A stretch of DNA of 64,000 nt from Bacillota bacterium (GTDB taxonomy: Bacteria; Bacillota; DTU025). Below are positions 10,923 through 20,213 of the stretch, piece by piece; positions within the stretch are counted from its first letter, which is position 1, and each line of letters starts with the position of its first letter. Both the position numbers and the translations under genes were made by a program. The DNA lies in NCBI GenBank assembly GCA_050951805.1, contig JBMNJT010000002.1:416001-480000 (forward strand), read 5' to 3'. The notes beneath the pieces are model-generated. The model did no database searches, had not been told where the DNA came from, and saw nothing but the letters and a program-made list of their open reading frames with translations.

Positions 10923-12128
10923 GTGACTGGGCCCGTGGTCAAACTGGGTGTGACGAAGCTCCTCGAAGAGCCGGAGAAGTATCTCGGCACGGCGAGAGTG
11001 GGCCTTGTGGCCAACTACAACGCGGTGGATGAGTATGCAACCCCGATAATCAGGCTCTTTGCCGAGTGCCCGAAGATAGAGTTCACCCGGATTTATGTGG
11101 CTGAGCATGGCTTGTGGGGCTGTGAACAGGCCGGGGTGAAGGTAGGACATATCGGTGATTTGCGAACCGGCGTAGATGTGGTCAGTCTGTACGGCGAAAC
11201 GGTGAAGCCGACTCCGCAAATGCTGGAAGATATCGATGTGTTGGTCTGCGACGGCAATGATATTGGATCGCGCTACTGGACTTGCCTTTCCACCACGGCA
11301 CTCTGTATTGAGGCGGCTGCCGAAGCGGGAAAGCAGATAATCGTGACGGACAGGCCCAATCCCATCGGCGGAATGGCTGTTGAAGGCAATCTTCTCGACA
11401 TCGAGTACCGCTCTTTTGTGGGGTACGATCGGATACCTATTCGCCATGGAATGACCCCGGGGGAACTGGCCGCGATGTACGTCGGCGGGGCAGGCCTTGA
11501 CGTGGATCTTCTCGTGATTCCCATGGATAACTGGGGAAGGGAGATGCTCTTCCCCGAAACCGGCCATTTTTGGACCGGCACGCCAAACATGCCCGGTTTT
11601 GAGACCGCCCTCGTGTACCCCGGAACCTGCTTGTTTGAGGGAACCACGCTTTCCGAAGGAAGGGGAACGACGAAGCCATTCAGGCTGATCGGAGCGCCCT
11701 GGCTCGATGCTATCGATCTTGCCGATAGACTCAACACCATGGAGCTTGGCGGCGTACGCTTTAGGCCGGCCCACTTCAGGCCGATGTTTTCAAAGCACAG
11801 CGGCGTGGAGTGTGCTGGGGTAGAGGTTTATGTGACAGATGCTTGGGAGCTTGATCCGGTTCGCTTGGGGGTTTCAATGCTGATAGCCGCAAGGGAGCAG
11901 AATCTGGACGCTTTTGGATGGTATGGTGCGGGAAGTCCGACCGGCTCTGCTGACCTGGCGCGCCCGTTCCCGGTCGAAGGGCGGCATCTGTTTATCGATC
12001 TTCTTGCAGGAGGCGCCGAGTTGAGAAGATGGATTGAGGAGGGCGCGACTTCTGATGAGATAATGGCCAGGTGGGAACGGGAGACAGCCGAGTTCATGGA
12101 TGCGCGGGAGCCATATCTCATTTATTAG
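10923..12128 (+). CDS. namZ: Exo-beta-N-acetylmuramidase NamZ/YbbC (DUF1343) family, divergent
   Basis: EHG, SLYG, DRPNPIGG, RHGMTPGELA, YPGTCLFEGTTLSEGRGTTKPF, terminal REPYLIY; GTG start after GGAGG. Confidence 0.88.
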   Translation: MTGPVVKLGVTKLLEEPEKYLGTARVGLVANYNAVDEYATPIIRLFAECPKIEFTRIYVAEHGLWGCEQAGVKVGHIGDLRTGVDVVSLYGETVKPTPQMLEDIDVLVCDGNDIGSRYWTCLSTTALCIEAAAEAGKQIIVTDRPNPIGGMAVEGNLLDIEYRSFVGYDRIPIRHGMTPGELAAMYVGGAGLDVDLLVIPMDNWGREMLFPETGHFWTGTPNMPGFETALVYPGTCLFEGTTLSEGRGTTKPFRLIGAPWLDAIDLADRLNTMELGGVRFRPAHFRPMFSKHSGVECAGVEVYVTDAWELDPVRLGVSMLIAAREQNLDAFGWYGAGSPTGSADLARPFPVEGRHLFIDLLAGGAELRRWIEEGATSDEIMARWERETAEFMDAREPYLIY

Positions 12129-12349
12129 CAGTGGTAGAGCAAGTTCATGCTTTAGCCCCTAAACGCGCTGTTTGCCGCCTGCATGCGGCTGATTCTCTAA
12201 AGGATGGCTATACATGAAAAATGCCCCTCCAAGTCTAGTGCCGCGGAATATGTTTGGAACTAGATAGCACCCGATATTTCCCGCTCCCCTTGTCGCATCC
12301 CCAAGGTGAGGTATACGTGTGCGTCAGAACGTCTGACAGGCAATGCCGT

Positions 12350-13312
12350 TTACAAGAAGTTGCGAAGTGATTCGTAAAGTTCGTTGCAGAGAGTCTCAAC
12401 ATATTCCCGCCTTGCGATCACTGAAAGCCATTGACCCGGAATGCTTTCATACCCGTAATAAAGCCCTGCAAGCCCTCCGGCAACTGCAGCGACTGTGTCG
12501 GTATCTTCGCCTAGGTTTACTGCCTTCAGAACACACTCCCCGAAACTGCCTGTGTTGAGCAGACACCAAACGGCGGCTTCGAGCGTATCGACGACGTATC
12601 CGCTGCTTCTGATGTCGGCTTCATCCAGTCGATTGAAGCCTTCATGCGCAAGCCTTTCGTAGTGATGGAGCTCATGGGAAAATCGGGCTTGCACTATGTA
12701 GTATTGCATGGCCCTTCTGATCCCCGTTTCGACGTGTGTTTTGAGATCCTTCCCTTCCATGAGAGCTGAAGCGATAGATACATAGATGCCGCATGCGATC
12801 TGGCTGCGCTCGTGGGCATGGGTGAGGGCTGAAATGTTGTGGATGATGTCAAAAGCCTCATCTATGTCGTAAAAGCCAGGCCCATAGACAGAGCGTAGGT
12901 GAAATAGGATTGGAAGGATCCTCATTAGCGAGCCGTTTCCGTTGTCGCGTTCATCTGTACCTCCGCACTCCAAAGGGGTTGCTCCCCGGGAGAACTTGTA
13001 TAGGGCTTTTTTAGTCGTGTTCCCCGCATCAAAGGCCTTCCCGTATGGCGTATACGCCCCTTCATTGAGCCATGCGAGGAATCTCTCCATGATATCCCGA
13101 TAGTCCAATCCCCTGATGAGGCTGTCGGCAAGGCATAGCGTCATGCTTGTATCATCAGACCAAGTCCCGGCCGGCTGGTTATATGTGCCGTAGGCGCGCA
13201 TACCGACCACCGGGTTTTCCTTCAGAGTCTCTCTGTGAGTAAATTCCACGGGAACGCCCAGCGCATCGCCGACGCATAGTCCCATTACTCCTGCCAACAC
13301 ATGATTCGTCAT
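12350..13312 (-). CDS. ADP-ribosylglycohydrolase (DraG/ARH family)
   Basis: GDALGVPVEF, WSDDT, GNGSLMRI, AVNLGEDTDTVAAVAG. Confidence 0.92.
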   Translation of the reverse strand: MTNHVLAGVMGLCVGDALGVPVEFTHRETLKENPVVGMRAYGTYNQPAGTWSDDTSMTLCLADSLIRGLDYRDIMERFLAWLNEGAYTPYGKAFDAGNTTKKALYKFSRGATPLECGGTDERDNGNGSLMRILPILFHLRSVYGPGFYDIDEAFDIIHNISALTHAHERSQIACGIYVSIASALMEGKDLKTHVETGIRRAMQYYIVQARFSHELHHYERLAHEGFNRLDEADIRSSGYVVDTLEAAVWCLLNTGSFGECVLKAVNLGEDTDTVAAVAGGLAGLYYGYESIPGQWLSVIARREYVETLCNELYESLRNFL

Positions 13313-13845
13313 GCATACACTCCTCATATACGTCAGTAGTCAAGCCGTCGCTTCTGTGCGAATCTCTCGAAGTTCGCCTCCCAGATGCGACTATGCCAAG
13401 CATCTACAGTTCAATTGAGCGATAATCCGTTTGGGCATAGATTCGTTGCGCCTGCGAGAGGCTCCTCTTAGGCCTGTTCCAAATCTTTGCGGCTTTGGAT
13501 TTCGATTGTCTCATGTGAAAGTGTAATTGAGATCTGATTGGTGGTGCAAGTTTGGAGCAGGATGGGGATGAATGAAAAAGAGGCCGCGTGGTCACGGAAG
13601 ATGTTCCTGAGCGGGACGTCGCTGTTAGGGCATATTTATCGATAAGCTTTGTGGCATTTCTGCAGGGGAGTGTGTAGATTTTACGAAAACAGATTATTCA
13701 GGGAGTCCTGGCGACGCCATTAAGAGGTAATGTGTGAGGGCTTTTTGGGTTTATATATGCAAAATGGAGTTTATGAGGCCAACATGTAGAAGAGGAGACA
13801 TAATCCGAAACTTGTATGGAAATGGGCAGCTCAACAATGCATTGC

Positions 13846-13930
13846 ATAAATATGGTGGTATTATGAAGGCAAAACCAAAGGAGGAAAACCATATTCCGAC
13901 GTAGAATAAATATGGAACAACGAATATGGA
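13846..13930. promoter_or_regulatory. Repeated AATATGG motif (putative operator) upstream of the deacylase/GGT operon
   Basis: ATAAATATGG at 13846 and 13906, AATATGG at 13923, and inverted repeat CCATATT-N13-AATATGG (13889-13915) in an AT-rich intergenic region. Confidence 0.35.
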
Positions 13931-13972
13931 GCGCGCTAAGGCCTGTTGACTATGGATACGGAGGTGAAACCC

Positions 13973-15103
13973 ATGGGCGACAGAGGCGCAAGAGGGGTAG
14001 TCGTAATCGTCATTGCTTTGATTGTGACAGCGGTATCTGCAATGAGGTTTGCGCCATTGGGCCCTGAAGAACTAGAGGCGTACCCATCGCCTTCAATCAG
14101 TCGTGTAGCTAAGCTATCTGAATATAACTCGGCACTTTTGGGCACTGCAGGAGATACTGAGGTATTGATCTATGAGGGCTCTCAGCCAGGCGGAACGATG
14201 CTTGTGGTTGGGGGAACTCATCCTGATGAGCCAGCGGGCACGGTTGCAGCTCTGATTCTGGCAGAGAACGTTGTCGTGGCGCAGGGCAAGCTGATTGTGA
14301 TACCTTATGCAAATGCTTCAGGCTTTACCCACAACCTTCCTCAGGAGGGACATCCCCCATACTACACCCTATCTACCCCGGGTGGCGATCGAATCATGAA
14401 ATATGGTTCGCGTTTAACGAATCCCGTCCACCAATGGCCTGATCCCACGGTCTATGTTGAAAAGGTATCCTATCAGAAACTTGCCGGGACCGAGGCACGC
14501 AATCTCAACAGGGCTTACCCCGGCGAAGAAAACGGCTCGCTGACGGAACGCGTGGCATATGCCATCACCCGGCTCATCATCGATGAAGAGATAGATGTCT
14601 CCATCGACCTCCACGAATCATCTCCCGAGTATCCTGTGAACAATGCTGTTGTTGCCCACGAGCGGGCGTTTGACCTGGCAGCTATTGCTACTCTCGATTT
14701 GGAAATGGAAGGCGTGCAGATCAACGTCGAGCCGTCTCCACCCAACCTGAGGGGGCTTTCGCACAGGGAATGGGGAGATAATACCGATACGTTGGCGCTG
14801 CTGTTTGAATCACCTAACCCCGTCCAAGGCAGACTGAGGGGAGTAACAGATGCTGATTTGATCGTTGACGGGGTGGATCCTATGTACGTGAAGGCATCTG
14901 AGCGAGGACGTTTGTATGTGCCATATACAAGTGAAGGAACTCCGCTTGCAATGAGGGCGGGCAGGCACCTTGCGTCAGTGCAAGCTATTGCAGCGGCCTA
15001 TTCCATGATGGCGCCTGACAGAGCCATTGTTATGGAGGGGTTGCCGTCGTATGGCGAGATAGTTGCAAATGGCGCAGGAGCCTATCTGAACCCAAGCAGA
15101 TAA
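13973..15103 (+). CDS. Membrane-anchored or exported succinylglutamate desuccinylase/aspartoacylase (AstE/AspA, M14-like) family protein
   Basis: N-terminal hydrophobic segment; GGTHPDE (HxxE), RNLNR, DLHE zinc-deacylase motifs; RBS ggaggtg. Confidence 0.82.
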   Translation: MGDRGARGVVVIVIALIVTAVSAMRFAPLGPEELEAYPSPSISRVAKLSEYNSALLGTAGDTEVLIYEGSQPGGTMLVVGGTHPDEPAGTVAALILAENVVVAQGKLIVIPYANASGFTHNLPQEGHPPYYTLSTPGGDRIMKYGSRLTNPVHQWPDPTVYVEKVSYQKLAGTEARNLNRAYPGEENGSLTERVAYAITRLIIDEEIDVSIDLHESSPEYPVNNAVVAHERAFDLAAIATLDLEMEGVQINVEPSPPNLRGLSHREWGDNTDTLALLFESPNPVQGRLRGVTDADLIVDGVDPMYVKASERGRLYVPYTSEGTPLAMRAGRHLASVQAIAAAYSMMAPDRAIVMEGLPSYGEIVANGAGAYLNPSR

Positions 15104-15123
15104 AGAAGGAAGGAGAACAACAC

Positions 15124-15699
15124 ATGGATAGGAGAATGAGCAATCTTCGTTTTGCGGCTGTAGTTGTTATCGCGGCACTCGTGCTGACTCCTGTACTTGC
15201 AGTTGCTGCGCCCAAACCCGGCAAACCGGCGCTAATAACATCTGCAGGGCAGAGCACTGACGGTCTGATTCTGAAAACAGTTATGACCGACAAGGCTACA
15301 GGCGAGACAATTCCTTTCGAGAAACTTGCAAAGCCCGAAGATCTCAAAGGAATTCGAACTCTGATTGTGTCAGTCGGCCTAAGCAGCAAGGGCCTTGGGG
15401 CCGCAGGGATCAATGTCGATCAGGAGAAGGCTAGAGTCCGTTCGATTCTTGATGCGGCTAAGAAGAACGACATATTCGTGATTATGGTGCACATAGGTGG
15501 CACCGCTCGTCGTGGCGCAGGGTCTGACGAATTCGCAACACTAGTTGCCGATTATGCACACCACATTTTCGTGGTCCGGGCGGGAAACGATGACGGATTC
15601 TTCACCCGGTTAGCGCAGAAAAACAAGATTCCCCTGACAGAAGTGGATGACAGGATTGCCATGGGGCCCGCAATCATGAAACTGCTTAACACCAAGTAA
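15124..15699 (+). CDS. Exported hypothetical protein (DUF6305-like)
   Basis: Signal peptide; LITSAGQS, SSKGLGAAG, HIGGTARRG, GNDDGFF motifs recalled for this family. Confidence 0.65.
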   Translation: MDRRMSNLRFAAVVVIAALVLTPVLAVAAPKPGKPALITSAGQSTDGLILKTVMTDKATGETIPFEKLAKPEDLKGIRTLIVSVGLSSKGLGAAGINVDQEKARVRSILDAAKKNDIFVIMVHIGGTARRGAGSDEFATLVADYAHHIFVVRAGNDDGFFTRLAQKNKIPLTEVDDRIAMGPAIMKLLNTK

Positions 15700-15728
15700 C
15701 ATGAGAGCATGTGTCTGGAGGGTATTAG

Positions 15729-16772
15729 ATGCGCAGAATGAGTAGGACGGTCTGTGCAGTTTTCGCGGCGGCTCTGGTGATGGCAGTGGCTGTAGCGCCT
15801 GCTCTGGCTGAGCCGATAATTCACGATGTGAGGCCTGGATATGGGGTTACGGGAATCGGATGGATTTCCGATTACCACGCCCCGTTGCGCGGTTCTGCTG
15901 TGGATACCCGTGTATACTATCTGGACAGCAAAGTGGAAGGGCCCACGACCCTTGTGTTGGGAGGAACTCATTCCAACGAGATTGCCGGGATCATGGCTGC
16001 CACATTGCTCGTGGAGAGGGCGGTGGTTACTACCGGAAGACTCATAGTAGTCCCATACGCCAACGCATCCGGGGCAAGCTATGCAGATACATATCATCCC
16101 GAGATCGGTTATTACAGCTTGACTACAGAGAGTGGAGTTCGTGTTTTCAGGTATGGAGATCGCCTCACAAACCCGGAGCACCAGGGACCCGATGCTGACA
16201 AGTACATTCACTATCCGTCGGGTCAGGAGTTTCCCGGTTATGAAGCGCGCAACCTTGACAGGGCCCATCCGGGCAAGGCTGACGGCAACCTCACCCAGCA
16301 GCTTGCATACGCTTACCACCAGTTGTTGCTTGAGGAAAAGGTAGATGTGGCTTTCGACCTACATGAAGCCGGCCCCACGTCTCGACTGGCGAACATGGTT
16401 GTGGCAAACCCCAAGAATATTGATTTCGCGGTGATGGCCATAGTCGATCTGGAGATGCAGGGAATTGTGATGAATGTGGAGCATTCGTCCGACACTTTTC
16501 ACGGTCTTTCCCACAGGGAGTGGGGAGACACTACTCCTGCTGCTTCGTATTTGATCGAAACGCCTAACCCTGCCCAAGCCTCCAATGCCATCAACCCTGA
16601 TGTGGTAAATGACAAGGTTAATCCCTTGTCCCGCAGAACTGCTACACACCTTGCTACGATAGATGCAGTGCTCAATGCACACGAGCTCCTTGACGGCAAG
16701 CGCACGCGGTGGGTTGGACTGCCTTCTTATGAGGAATTGGTTTCGGACGGACTCGAAGAATATCTGAGATAG
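15729..16772 (+). CDS. Second exported AstE/AspA-family deacylase (paralog of 13973..15103)
   Basis: Signal peptide (ALA|EP); GGTHSNE, RNLDR, DLHE, GLSHREWGD shared with paralog. Confidence 0.82.
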   Translation: MRRMSRTVCAVFAAALVMAVAVAPALAEPIIHDVRPGYGVTGIGWISDYHAPLRGSAVDTRVYYLDSKVEGPTTLVLGGTHSNEIAGIMAATLLVERAVVTTGRLIVVPYANASGASYADTYHPEIGYYSLTTESGVRVFRYGDRLTNPEHQGPDADKYIHYPSGQEFPGYEARNLDRAHPGKADGNLTQQLAYAYHQLLLEEKVDVAFDLHEAGPTSRLANMVVANPKNIDFAVMAIVDLEMQGIVMNVEHSSDTFHGLSHREWGDTTPAASYLIETPNPAQASNAINPDVVNDKVNPLSRRTATHLATIDAVLNAHELLDGKRTRWVGLPSYEELVSDGLEEYLR

Positions 16773-16800
16773 ACCTGAATTAAGAAGGAGGGCACAGACT

Positions 16801-18522
16801 ATGTTCAGACCTGATTCCAGGAAACGCATTTTTGCAATAGTGGCACTGCTTGCGTTGGTTATGGTTATGACTGGTGTGGCAGGGGCGGAGCTGCCACAGG
16901 AAGTCCGCGCGCCAAACGGTATGGTTGCTGCGGCGCACCAGTTGGCGGCCGAAGCCGGAGTTGAAATCCTCAAAGCTGGTGGAAACGCTGTTGATGCTGG
17001 AGTTGCCACTGCGTTCGCAGTCGGAGTAGTGGAGCCCAACGCATCAGGCTTAGGCGGCGAGGGCATGATCGTAATCTATCTTCCTGAGGGAGACAGGGCC
17101 GTTGTGATCGACTACAGGTCGACGGCGCCTGCGGCTGCGGCTGAAGCCCTGGCAGACAGCAAAATGCCAGGGACGGGCTGGCCGTCAGTGGCCACCCCCG
17201 GGCTCGTTGCGGGCTTGGCTTCGGCTCTGGAGCAGTATGGGACAATGACGCTTGAGCAGGTATTGCAGCCTGCAATTAGGCTGGCTGAAGAGGGATTCCC
17301 TATTGGCGCAACCCTCGCCGGCGTCATTGAAGACCGATACGAGGCCGTACTGAATGACCCTGAGCTTGCTGCGACATTCCTTGACGACGGTCTGCCTCCG
17401 CAGGAGGGCTGGATTCTGAAAAACCCCGGTCTCGCGTCATCGCTCAAGAAGATCGCTGCAGAAGGCCCCGACGCATTCTATCGCGGGGAGATTGCGCAGG
17501 CGATCGATGCTGCCAGCCGAGCGGGCGGCGGCTACATCACCGCTGAAGACTTGGCAAATTACAAGGCCGTAACGAGATGGCCTGCACGAGGCAACTACAG
17601 AGGATACGAGGTGTTCTCTGCGCCGCCACCGGTAGGAGGCGCAACCTTGATTGAAGTTCTGAATATTGTGGAGAACTTCGATCTCAGCGCAGCTCCGTTC
17701 CCGAACGCCCAGGCGATTCACTACCTTGCGGAGTCAATAAAGCCTGCGTTCCGTGATTACCGTGCATACGTGCATGATCCTGATTTCGTGTATGTGCCTT
17801 TGCAGGAGATGCTCTCTAAGGATTATGCAAAGGAGCGCGCTTCCAAGGTCAACCCCGATAAGATGACCCCAGCTGGCAAGATTCAGGCTGGCGAATTTGC
17901 CAAGAAGGCTGCTCTGGCTCCAACTGGCACCGAAGGCGCCAAATACGAATCACCGTCAACAACTCACATTTCAGTAATTGACAAAGACCGAAACATGGTG
18001 GCGATCACCCAGACTATCAGCTCATTCTTCGGAGCAGGCGTAATGATTGAGGGCACTGGTGTGATTCTCAACAACGAGATGGCCAACTTCTCAACTGACA
18101 AGACCAGTGGCAACTACATTGCTCCCAACAAGAGGATGAGGACTTCGATCGCTCCAACGCTCGTGCTGCGCGAGGGAGAGCCCTTCCTGAGCATCGGAAC
18201 TCCGGGCGCCGGAAGGATCGTGCCTACAATGGCGCAGCTGCTGGTCAACATAATCGACTTCGACATGGGGCTGCAAGAGGCCATAAATGCACCCAGATTC
18301 TATGCGCGAGAGGGTTCTGACGTGTTCGAATACGAACCCCGCTTCCCTGAAGAGGTCATTGATGATCTGAAGAAGATGGGTTATCCCATCGACGAGAAGT
18401 CGGTACGAGGTGAATACGATCTGTATTTCGGAGGCGCTCAGGGCGTCATGGTCGACCCCAACACCGGCGAACTGATTGGAGCTGCTGACCCAAGGCGGGA
18501 TGGCGCTGCTGTAGGTTACTGA
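16801..18522 (+). CDS. ggt: Gamma-glutamyltransferase (exported)
   Basis: GGNAVDA, SGLGGEG, catalytic T in STTHISVID, LNNEM, GTPGA, GAADPRRDG. Confidence 0.95.
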   Translation: MFRPDSRKRIFAIVALLALVMVMTGVAGAELPQEVRAPNGMVAAAHQLAAEAGVEILKAGGNAVDAGVATAFAVGVVEPNASGLGGEGMIVIYLPEGDRAVVIDYRSTAPAAAAEALADSKMPGTGWPSVATPGLVAGLASALEQYGTMTLEQVLQPAIRLAEEGFPIGATLAGVIEDRYEAVLNDPELAATFLDDGLPPQEGWILKNPGLASSLKKIAAEGPDAFYRGEIAQAIDAASRAGGGYITAEDLANYKAVTRWPARGNYRGYEVFSAPPPVGGATLIEVLNIVENFDLSAAPFPNAQAIHYLAESIKPAFRDYRAYVHDPDFVYVPLQEMLSKDYAKERASKVNPDKMTPAGKIQAGEFAKKAALAPTGTEGAKYESPSTTHISVIDKDRNMVAITQTISSFFGAGVMIEGTGVILNNEMANFSTDKTSGNYIAPNKRMRTSIAPTLVLREGEPFLSIGTPGAGRIVPTMAQLLVNIIDFDMGLQEAINAPRFYAREGSDVFEYEPRFPEEVIDDLKKMGYPIDEKSVRGEYDLYFGGAQGVMVDPNTGELIGAADPRRDGAAVGY

Positions 18523-18546
18523 GGACATAAGGAAGCAAACAAAACC

Positions 18547-18584
18547 GGGCGCGGCGGTCGGGACGCCGAACGTCGCGCCTTTTT
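18547..18584 (+). terminator. Putative intrinsic terminator or attenuator after ggt
   Basis: GGGCGCGGCG...CGTCGCGCCT hairpin followed by TTTT. Confidence 0.6.
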
Positions 18585-18593
18585 CATGGAAGA

Positions 18594-19889
18594 GTGATGC
18601 TAATGTGGGCTCAGCTCATTACATTTGTCTGCATGCTAGGCACGTTTTTGCTGTTTGCTGCAGCGCTCAAGCTGCCTCCAGCCCTGGCTACAGCGGGCGC
18701 CGCTGTAGTGGGCCTTGCTGTTTCGGGCAACATAGGGTCCTTGTATCATCTGATTGAAGGGGCTTTCGGCTACTTCGATGTGATTCTGATTATCGCCATG
18801 GCAATGGTGTTCATGGCCGCGCTCGAGGCAGCAGGAATCCTGGAAGAGATCTCCTACAGAATCACCAGACAGCTCGGCAACAAGCCTCTGTTGCTCTCTT
18901 TGGCGTCCATGGTCTTGGTGATGCTTCCGGGCATGCTGACCGGTTCATCCACAGCCGCCGCTATGACCACAGGAAGGTTTGTCTTGCCTGTGCTCGTCAA
19001 TGCTGGCATTGCTCCGGCTCGGGCAGGCGCATTTGTCGCTCTCGGCAGCATAATCGGGATGATTGCGCCTCCTGTGAACGTGCCGGTGATGATTATCGGG
19101 TCGGGAATAGACATGCCCTACGTGGGCTTCGACATCCCGTTGTTGCTCCTTTCCGTGCCCGCCGCGATAGCTGTCTCAATATGGGTGGTGGCAGGGATTA
19201 ACAAGGAGCCGTCAGGCGACAAGCTAGAACCGGGACAGGCCGCGCCGGCAGGCGCCAGTGAACGCATTCCCGGTTTCAAAGTTTACATTCCCATTATCGC
19301 ACTTTTGGCGATGATGCTCGCGGTTAGGCTGTCAAAGGGCTCCATACCCGATCCGGGCATCCCATTCATGTTCGCCGCAGGGGCGCTGCTTGCCATGGTT
19401 TGCGGAAGGCCGATCAAGCTCTGGGACACAATAGTCGATGGAATTGGCATGGCGATGCCTGTTATGGGCGTGCTTGTTGGCGCGGGCATGTTCGTTCAGG
19501 TGATGACTGTGACAGGCGTCAGAGGGTTGCTTGTAACATCCGCCTTGGATATACCGATAGCGTGGATATTCGTAGTGGCTGCACTGGCCCTACCGCTTTT
19601 CGGGGCGATCTCCGCCTATGCGTCATCTTCCGTTATGGGCGTGCCGATTCTCCTCGCGCTCCTTGGCAACGACGAGATAGTCACAGCTGCGGCTCTTTCA
19701 ATGCTGGCTGCGATAGGCGATCTGCTGCCGCCCATCGCAATAGTGCCCAGCCTCATATCCCAATCATCTGGAGAAGGGCCCGATTTCCGATCTGAATTGC
19801 TGAGGCAGGCAGCGGTGCCTATATTCTGTCTCGTGCTCTGGGCCTTTGCGGTGCTCAGATGGGCCCCTGCCATAGGCAGACTGTTGTAG
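18594..19889 (+). CDS. TRAP large-permease (DctM)/IT-superfamily transporter
   Basis: Multiple TM helices; PGMLTGSSTAA, GMIAPPVNVP motifs. Confidence 0.8.
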   Translation: MMLMWAQLITFVCMLGTFLLFAAALKLPPALATAGAAVVGLAVSGNIGSLYHLIEGAFGYFDVILIIAMAMVFMAALEAAGILEEISYRITRQLGNKPLLLSLASMVLVMLPGMLTGSSTAAAMTTGRFVLPVLVNAGIAPARAGAFVALGSIIGMIAPPVNVPVMIIGSGIDMPYVGFDIPLLLLSVPAAIAVSIWVVAGINKEPSGDKLEPGQAAPAGASERIPGFKVYIPIIALLAMMLAVRLSKGSIPDPGIPFMFAAGALLAMVCGRPIKLWDTIVDGIGMAMPVMGVLVGAGMFVQVMTVTGVRGLLVTSALDIPIAWIFVVAALALPLFGAISAYASSSVMGVPILLALLGNDEIVTAAALSMLAAIGDLLPPIAIVPSLISQSSGEGPDFRSELLRQAAVPIFCLVLWAFAVLRWAPAIGRLL

Positions 19890-19927
19890 CTTAGGCGGAA
19901 CGCGATGCTAGAGGAGGAAACGATAGA

Positions 19928-20104
19928 ATGACCTACTTCAAACTGGCAACAGCAAGTTGGCTCACGCCGATATATCTTCTCATGTTGGCGGTGACGGTTG
20001 TGGCTGTTGCAGTCAACATACTGCGGGAAGAGAAACTATCATCGCAGATAGTCGGCGGCATGGTGCTGATCCCTCTCGTGCTCCGTCTGCTTTTGGTGAA
20101 GTGA
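19928..20104 (+). CDS. Small 58-aa two-TM membrane protein (below the ORF-track cut-off)
   Basis: RBS GAGGAGG; ATG 19928; MTYFKLATASWLTPIYLLMLAVTVVAVAVNILREEKLSSQIVGGMVLIPLVLRLLLVK; last gene before the terminator. Confidence 0.75.
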   Translation: MTYFKLATASWLTPIYLLMLAVTVVAVAVNILREEKLSSQIVGGMVLIPLVLRLLLVK

Positions 20105-20165
20105 GCGCGAGGATTTCGGAGGAGTGCAAGATTAACGTCCATCCCTCTACTGTATCCCCGAAGGG

Positions 20166-20208
20166 AAGAACCCGCGTTCGGCCGTGTGAAGGCGCGGCGC
20201 GGGTTCTT
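20166..20208. terminator. Bidirectional terminator hairpin between convergent operons
   Basis: AAGAACCCGCG...CGCGGGTTCTT inverted repeat. Confidence 0.7.
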
Positions 20209-20213
20209 GATGT

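Noticed and set aside
10719-11774. 351-aa antisense ORF and similar shadow ORFs across the window
   Set aside because: They lie opposite well-supported genes and lack motifs, as expected in GC-rich coding DNA
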